A stretch of 40,067 bases of DNA. It comes from an uncultured Ignavibacteriales bacterium (GTDB lineage: Bacteria; Zixibacteria; MSB-5A5; GN15; FEB-12). The stretch is taken from assembly GCA_964557855.1 (NCBI GenBank), contig CAZLBP010000016.1:41703-81769 (forward strand), written 5' to 3'. The translations under genes and the position numbers were made by a program. Below, piece by piece: positions 36,160-40,067 of this stretch (position 1 is the first letter of the stretch; the number at the start of each line of letters is the position of its first letter). The notes beneath the pieces are model-generated. The model was not told the DNA's origin and did not search any database. It saw nothing but the letters and a program-made list of their open reading frames with translations.

Positions 36160-38012
36160 CCGAAGAGTCGTTCCTTGGGATAGATGTCCAGATTCGTCAT
36201 CCAGGTTTTCAGGTGGGAGACCCGCTCGTCTTCAGAGAGCGTCGACAGATCGAACGGCCGCCCGCGACCGTCGAGAATTATGCCCACCACTCCTCCGTGC
36301 AGGGTTGTTTCGAGCTTGTTGCCCTTACCGGCGCCGACGTCGAACTGACGTTCCGGTTCGAGAACCGCTTTAACCTTGAGCGGCAAGCCGTCATCACCCA
36401 CGCCGAGTTCGTATTTCTTCATCTCCAGGCTGTTCAATGTTCCGGTGACCTGACCATCGGGCAAATCAATTCGGTATTTCATGATGGGTCCCGGTTTCTT
36501 GATCGTCCCGGAGGGGGCGACACAGGTGCCCAGATGAATGAGGCAGTCTTTTTCGAAGACCTCTGTAGCGGCTTTGGCTTGCACCTCGGTCAACACACCC
36601 AGCTGCGGCATCATGAAAATGGAGTCCACGGCGAGGCGAGTGACACCCTCGGGCAGGAAGGCATCGATCAACATCATGGCGGATTGCTGCCGGCGGGGTG
36701 CGTGCGAGAGCACTCCACCCGAGCCGATCAGCATATTGAGCGACATCATATTTACAATTGTAGCGCCGGAGCCGGATTGCTCGAACGCTTCGGCGATAGT
36801 GCGCTGTTGCTGGATGCCCTTCAACACAGTGGCGAAATTCTTGTGCTGAATGAAAGCCAGCCGCAGAGCCTCCTTGGCGATAGCCTGTTCGAAAATCAGT
36901 TCTTCCATCGATTGCGGAATCGTGGTCGGGCGGATCATCTTGTTCTTGACCCGATTGCGCAGATCCCTTTCGTCCATTTTGAACGGCGCCCAGCGCATGA
37001 CCATTGGCAGGGTAGCTTCCGCGAACACATTGGAAATGGAGTACGACATACCGAGGTTGGCGGAGACGGTACGGTTGAATACACCCTCGCCGCCGCCGGG
37101 ACGAAACACGGAAAACACATCGGTCGTCGCCCCGCCGATATCGACTCCGACCGCTTCGATATTGTACTGGTCGGCAATGGTCTTGATAATGAGTCCCACG
37201 GCGCCCGGGGTGGGCATGATGGGGGCGTCGGCCCAGGACATGAGCTTGTTGTACCCGGGTGCTTGCGCCATAACGTGTTCCATGAATAGTTCGTGTATTT
37301 CCTCACGGGCCGGGGCCAGGTTCTCTCGCTCGAGAATCGGTCGCAGGTTTTCAACCGTTTTCAGGTCGACTTTCTTGGCCAGTGTTTGATCGATATTCTG
37401 ACGAGCATTCTTGTTGCCGGCATAGATGACGGGCAGTTTGTAGGATGACCCCAGCCGGGGGCGGGGATCAGCGGCTGCGATCAATTCCGCCAGTTCGACC
37501 ACGTGCGTAGTCGTGCCGCCGTCAATGCCGCCGGAGAGAAGGATCATATCCGGGCGGAGATGCCGGATGCGCTCGATTTGCTGGTGCGGTTGGCGTTTGT
37601 CGTTGGAGGCGATGACGTCCATGACAATCGCACCGGCGCCCAGCGCGGCGCGCTCGGCCGATTCGGCCGTCATGGACCGCACCACCCCAGCCACCATCAT
37701 CTGCAGGCCGCCGCCGGCCGACGAGGTAGATATGAACACATCGGTTCCGGTTTTTCCGTTGGACGGATTGATGATCTTATTCTCTTCGTCCAGCAGCTTT
37801 CTCCCCGACAGCTCTTCCACTTCCTGAACGGCATTGAGCACACCCATCGTCACGTCTTCAAACGGGGCTTCAACCGTGGTCGGAGCCTCGCCGCGTGTGA
37901 TGAGGCGGTACTCGCCGTTGACATACTCGATCAGGATGGCCTTGGTCGTAGTGGAACCACAGTCGGTCGCCAGAATAACTTTAATATCTTTGGGGTTATC
38001 GAATTTTGCCAT
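36156..38012 (-). CDS. MutL(GlmL)/EutA-like ASKHA-fold ATPase (mutase-reactivase family homolog), 618 aa
   Basis: N-terminal phosphate-1 motif ILATDCGSTTTKAIL and internal VGVDIGGATTDVFSV match the paired motifs of the GlmL/MutL-EutA family (compare EutA GIDLGTTTTQ / IDIGGGT). It is ~150 aa longer than typical MutL. Confidence 0.5.
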   Translation of the reverse strand: MAKFDNPKDIKVILATDCGSTTTKAILIEYVNGEYRLITRGEAPTTVEAPFEDVTMGVLNAVQEVEELSGRKLLDEENKIINPSNGKTGTDVFISTSSAGGGLQMMVAGVVRSMTAESAERAALGAGAIVMDVIASNDKRQPHQQIERIRHLRPDMILLSGGIDGGTTTHVVELAELIAAADPRPRLGSSYKLPVIYAGNKNARQNIDQTLAKKVDLKTVENLRPILERENLAPAREEIHELFMEHVMAQAPGYNKLMSWADAPIMPTPGAVGLIIKTIADQYNIEAVGVDIGGATTDVFSVFRPGGGEGVFNRTVSANLGMSYSISNVFAEATLPMVMRWAPFKMDERDLRNRVKNKMIRPTTIPQSMEELIFEQAIAKEALRLAFIQHKNFATVLKGIQQQRTIAEAFEQSGSGATIVNMMSLNMLIGSGGVLSHAPRRQQSAMMLIDAFLPEGVTRLAVDSIFMMPQLGVLTEVQAKAATEVFEKDCLIHLGTCVAPSGTIKKPGPIMKYRIDLPDGQVTGTLNSLEMKKYELGVGDDGLPLKVKAVLEPERQFDVGAGKGNKLETTLHGGVVGIILDGRGRPFDLSTLSEDERVSHLKTWMTNLDIYPKERLFG

Positions 38013-38245
38013 GTATCCAACCTGTTATCTTGCAACAGACCTTTCTTCAAAATCGGAAACTCGTTTGTTCTGAAGCCCGACGCTTATCCGCCTGATAAAA
38101 TAGACTTCAGCTTATTTCTTCCCGGGCGGATTTCCGCCAAGACCGCAAGTATAATAACTCCGTTCGGAATTGTAAACAGGGATTTTTCAGGCGAAACAGC
38201 CCGATTTTGCTGCCGATGCGCCGTCAAGAATCCCGAGGCGGTCCC

Positions 38246-38356
38246 AAAAGGTGATATTCGGTCAACTTTCGTGTCGCGTAGAGGCGGGGCTCGTCCCAGC
38301 GGATCCGGCAAGTTGCTGCGGCGCCAGGCCGCACCCAGGGCGGGGAGGGCGCAGTC
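38246..38356 (-). repeat. conserved ~110-nt structured repeat, copy B (inverted relative to copy A at 10444..10554)
   Basis: The reverse complement aligns with copy A (gggacgagccccgcctctacgcgacacgaaagttga[a/c]cgaatatcac identical). The stem ugcggc-cuggc-gccgca corresponds to the copy-A stem with a compensatory A-to-G change. Confidence 0.6.
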
Positions 38357-38528
38357 AGTAGATGGGAACCTCCGTGGTTCCGACAGTCAATTCTTCACCT
38401 CACACCGTACCCTCTCCTTCGCAAAGAGAGGGGCGCCCGCAGGGCGGGGTGAGGATGGATCGGGTTTCGACATCATCTGCTCATTGACATCGCCGGTCCA
38501 AAGCGGTATACATAACACGGCAACGACC

Positions 38529-39581
38529 ATGACAGATAAGAGAAATGACATATCGATTAAGCTGACCGCCGAAGTCAGCTGCGCCGGTTGAGCCTCGAAA
38601 CTGGCGCCAAAGGTTTTGGCGGAAGCGCTCAAAGGATTGCCGGTCACGGCGCACCCGCAACTTCTGGTCGGCTACAACACGGCCGACGATGCGGGGGTGT
38701 TTCAGATCGCCGATGATCTGGCGCTGGTGCAGACGGTGGACTTTTTCCCGCCGATAGTGGATGATCCATACTATTTCGGGCAGATCGCGGCGGCCAATGC
38801 CATGTCCGACGTATATGCCATGGGCGGGCGGCCGCTGACTGCGCTCAATATCGTCTGCTTCCCGGGCAACATGCCGCCGGAGATTCTTACGGAAGTCCTG
38901 AAGGGCGGCGCGAAGAAGGTCGAAGAGGCCGGGGCGTTTGTGGTCGGGGGACACTCGGTCAAGGACAAGGAGCTTAAGTACGGCATTTCCGTGACGGGGA
39001 TAGTCCATCCTGACCGGATATTCACAAATGCCGGGGCGCGGCCGGGCCATATCCTCTATCTCACCAAACCGCTCGGCACGGGGCTGATAACGACCGGGAT
39101 CAAGCGCAATGCGGTCGGCGATGAATTGATTCGCCTGGTGACGGTCCAGATGACACAATTGAACAAGAACGCCGCCGAAGCGATGGTCAAATGCGGGGCG
39201 CACGCCGCGACTGATATAACCGGCTACGGGCTGCTGGGGCATGCTTTTGAGATGGCGGAAGCATCGGGGGTGACGATCCGCTTCGAGGCCGACCTAATAC
39301 CACTGATGCCTCAGGCGACGGAACTGGCGGCGGCGGGGATGATCCCCGGCGGGGCGAATGCCAACCGGGATTTTCTCGAGGGGCACATCCGGATAGCATC
39401 TTCGGTGGACAAAAATGTCGAGCATGTATTATACGATCCGCAAACATCGGGCGGCCTGCTGATCGCCATCCCCGAAGAGCGAGCGGAGCAGCTTGAGCGC
39501 GAGTTCGCGGAGAAAAAGGTATTCGGGCAGCGGGTGGGGGTGGTGCAGGAAGAATCGGGCGTGGGGATTGTGGTGGGGTGA
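38529..39581 (+). CDS. selD: selenide, water dikinase (selenophosphate synthetase) SelD, predicted selenoprotein with in-frame UGA (Sec) at 38592..38594
   Basis: After the TGA the ORF is clear SelD (VGYNTADDAGVF, DFFPPIVDDPYYFGQIAAANAMSDVYAMGG, AIR-synthase-like fold). In frame upstream, an ATG at 38529 gives MTDKRNDISIKLTAEVSCAG-U-ASKLAPKVLAEAL. This aligns with E. coli SelD [25 protein letters not shown] and places the TGA at the catalytic Cys17 position. Confidence 0.8.
38595..38630 (+). promoter_or_regulatory. candidate bacterial SECIS stem-loop immediately 3' of the selD UGA
   Basis: 13 nt after the TGA lies cgccaaa-GGU-uuuggcg, a 7-bp stem with an apical GGU. This is consistent with the position and loop G/U requirement of bacterial SECIS elements. 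Confidence 0.45.
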
Positions 39582-39654
39582 GTTTCGACCAAACATCTGA
39601 CAAAGTCTCTTAAGTCGGGGTGACTTTCAGCGGGTTCAGTAGCATTAGGCGATA

Positions 39655-40032
39655 GTGATGGAAGCGATTATTAATGTAGTTGATTGGCCGCATGTAACGC
39701 TGATTTTCGCAGTTGTCTTTATCCTGGTATTTAGACGTGCTATTACAGGTCTTATTAGTAGAACTAAGTCTATAAATCGGATCGGTCTTGACACCGTAGA
39801 CAATCCAAAGGTGCAGGATGACGACTCAAGAAAGAAGTCTGTCCAAGAGCTACTTGACAGAGCAGGAACGTCAAATGCCTTACAAGAAACAGAGAAGAAA
39901 ATAAAGAGAGACCTCCTACAAAGGGGTTTAGAGTCAGATGGAGATACTGTAAACGTCCTGGTCAAATACCTTGCTACCTTTCAGGTAATTCTTGAGTTTG
40001 AGCAAATCAATAATCCCGGATTTCCCATTTGA
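39655..40032 (+). CDS. hypothetical small membrane-anchored protein in an AT-rich terminal segment
   Basis: ORF with an N-terminal TM (VTLIFAVVFILVF) and a charged tail. The local GC content (~42%) contrasts with the rest of the window. Confidence 0.35.
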   Translation: MMEAIINVVDWPHVTLIFAVVFILVFRRAITGLISRTKSINRIGLDTVDNPKVQDDDSRKKSVQELLDRAGTSNALQETEKKIKRDLLQRGLESDGDTVNVLVKYLATFQVILEFEQINNPGFPI

Positions 40033-40067
40033 ATCTGGGTTCTGGGATCAAGATGCGTTATTTTCGG

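Noticed and set aside
36213-37289. 358-aa plus-strand ORF and the 37503..38591 ORF antisense to the MutL-like gene
   Set aside because: Both are shadow ORFs opposite a coding gene. Only the last ~21 codons of 37503..38591 are real, as the SelD N-terminus upstream of the in-frame TGA.
10444-38356. The two inverted repeat copies as terminal inverted repeats of a 28-kb composite transposon
   Set aside because: The intervening DNA is core housekeeping (aspS, phoH-ybeY, icd, tol/exb) with uniform composition and no transposase or integrase.
1-40067. CRISPR arrays, rRNA, tRNA, transposases, integrases, toxin-antitoxin or restriction-modification genes
   Set aside because: No regularly spaced direct repeats, no rRNA/tRNA-like conservation and no recombinase or nuclease motifs were seen in any frame.

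Overview
This reads as a high-GC (~58%) bacterial chromosomal segment, mostly housekeeping genes with several unusual neighbourhoods. The T9SS C-terminal sorting domain, the PorV/FadL-like barrels and the overall gene content suggest an uncultivated FCB-superphylum-like lineage. That lineage call is an inference. The gene order is given below, then the strongest anomalies.

Gene order along the window:
- Three REP-like double-hairpin elements (two at the left edge, one near 17.0 kb) and a small hypothetical gene.
- A minus-strand signalling operon: FHA protein, then a metallophosphoesterase, then a CHASE2-sensor Ser/Thr kinase.
- etfA with a near-consensus sigma70 promoter and no adjacent etfB.
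- A PKD-repeat lipoprotein.
- An overlapping pair: an SPFH (Band_7_1) multi-zinc-ribbon protein and a second zinc-ribbon protein.
- A large secreted BNR/Asp-box protein with a T9SS C-terminal sorting domain, followed by two tandem PorV/PorQ/FadL-like outer-membrane barrels.
- An NADP-isocitrate-dehydrogenase-like gene with a structured leader.
- An APC permease fused to tandem UspA domains, and a PtsN-like EIIA.
- aspS, then the conserved phoH / 7TM-HD / ybeY / corC operon.
- A multi-PAS histidine kinase.
- A tolB / TonB-C / exbD / exbB cluster.
- A small Met-rich lipoprotein.
- A three-gene minus-strand operon: a MutL/EutA-like ATPase, a membrane-anchored protein and an unknown protein.
- A selD gene.

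Strongest anomalies:
- selD appears to be a selenoprotein. The ORF track breaks it at an in-frame TGA at the catalytic Cys position, and a hairpin follows the TGA that could act as a SECIS element.
- A ~110-nt structured element occurs twice in inverted orientation (near 10.5 kb and 38.3 kb), with a compensatory base change in one stem. It may be an ncRNA or MITE.
- The MutL/EutA-like operon has no partner mutase and sits next to selD.
- The last ~430 nt drop sharply in GC.
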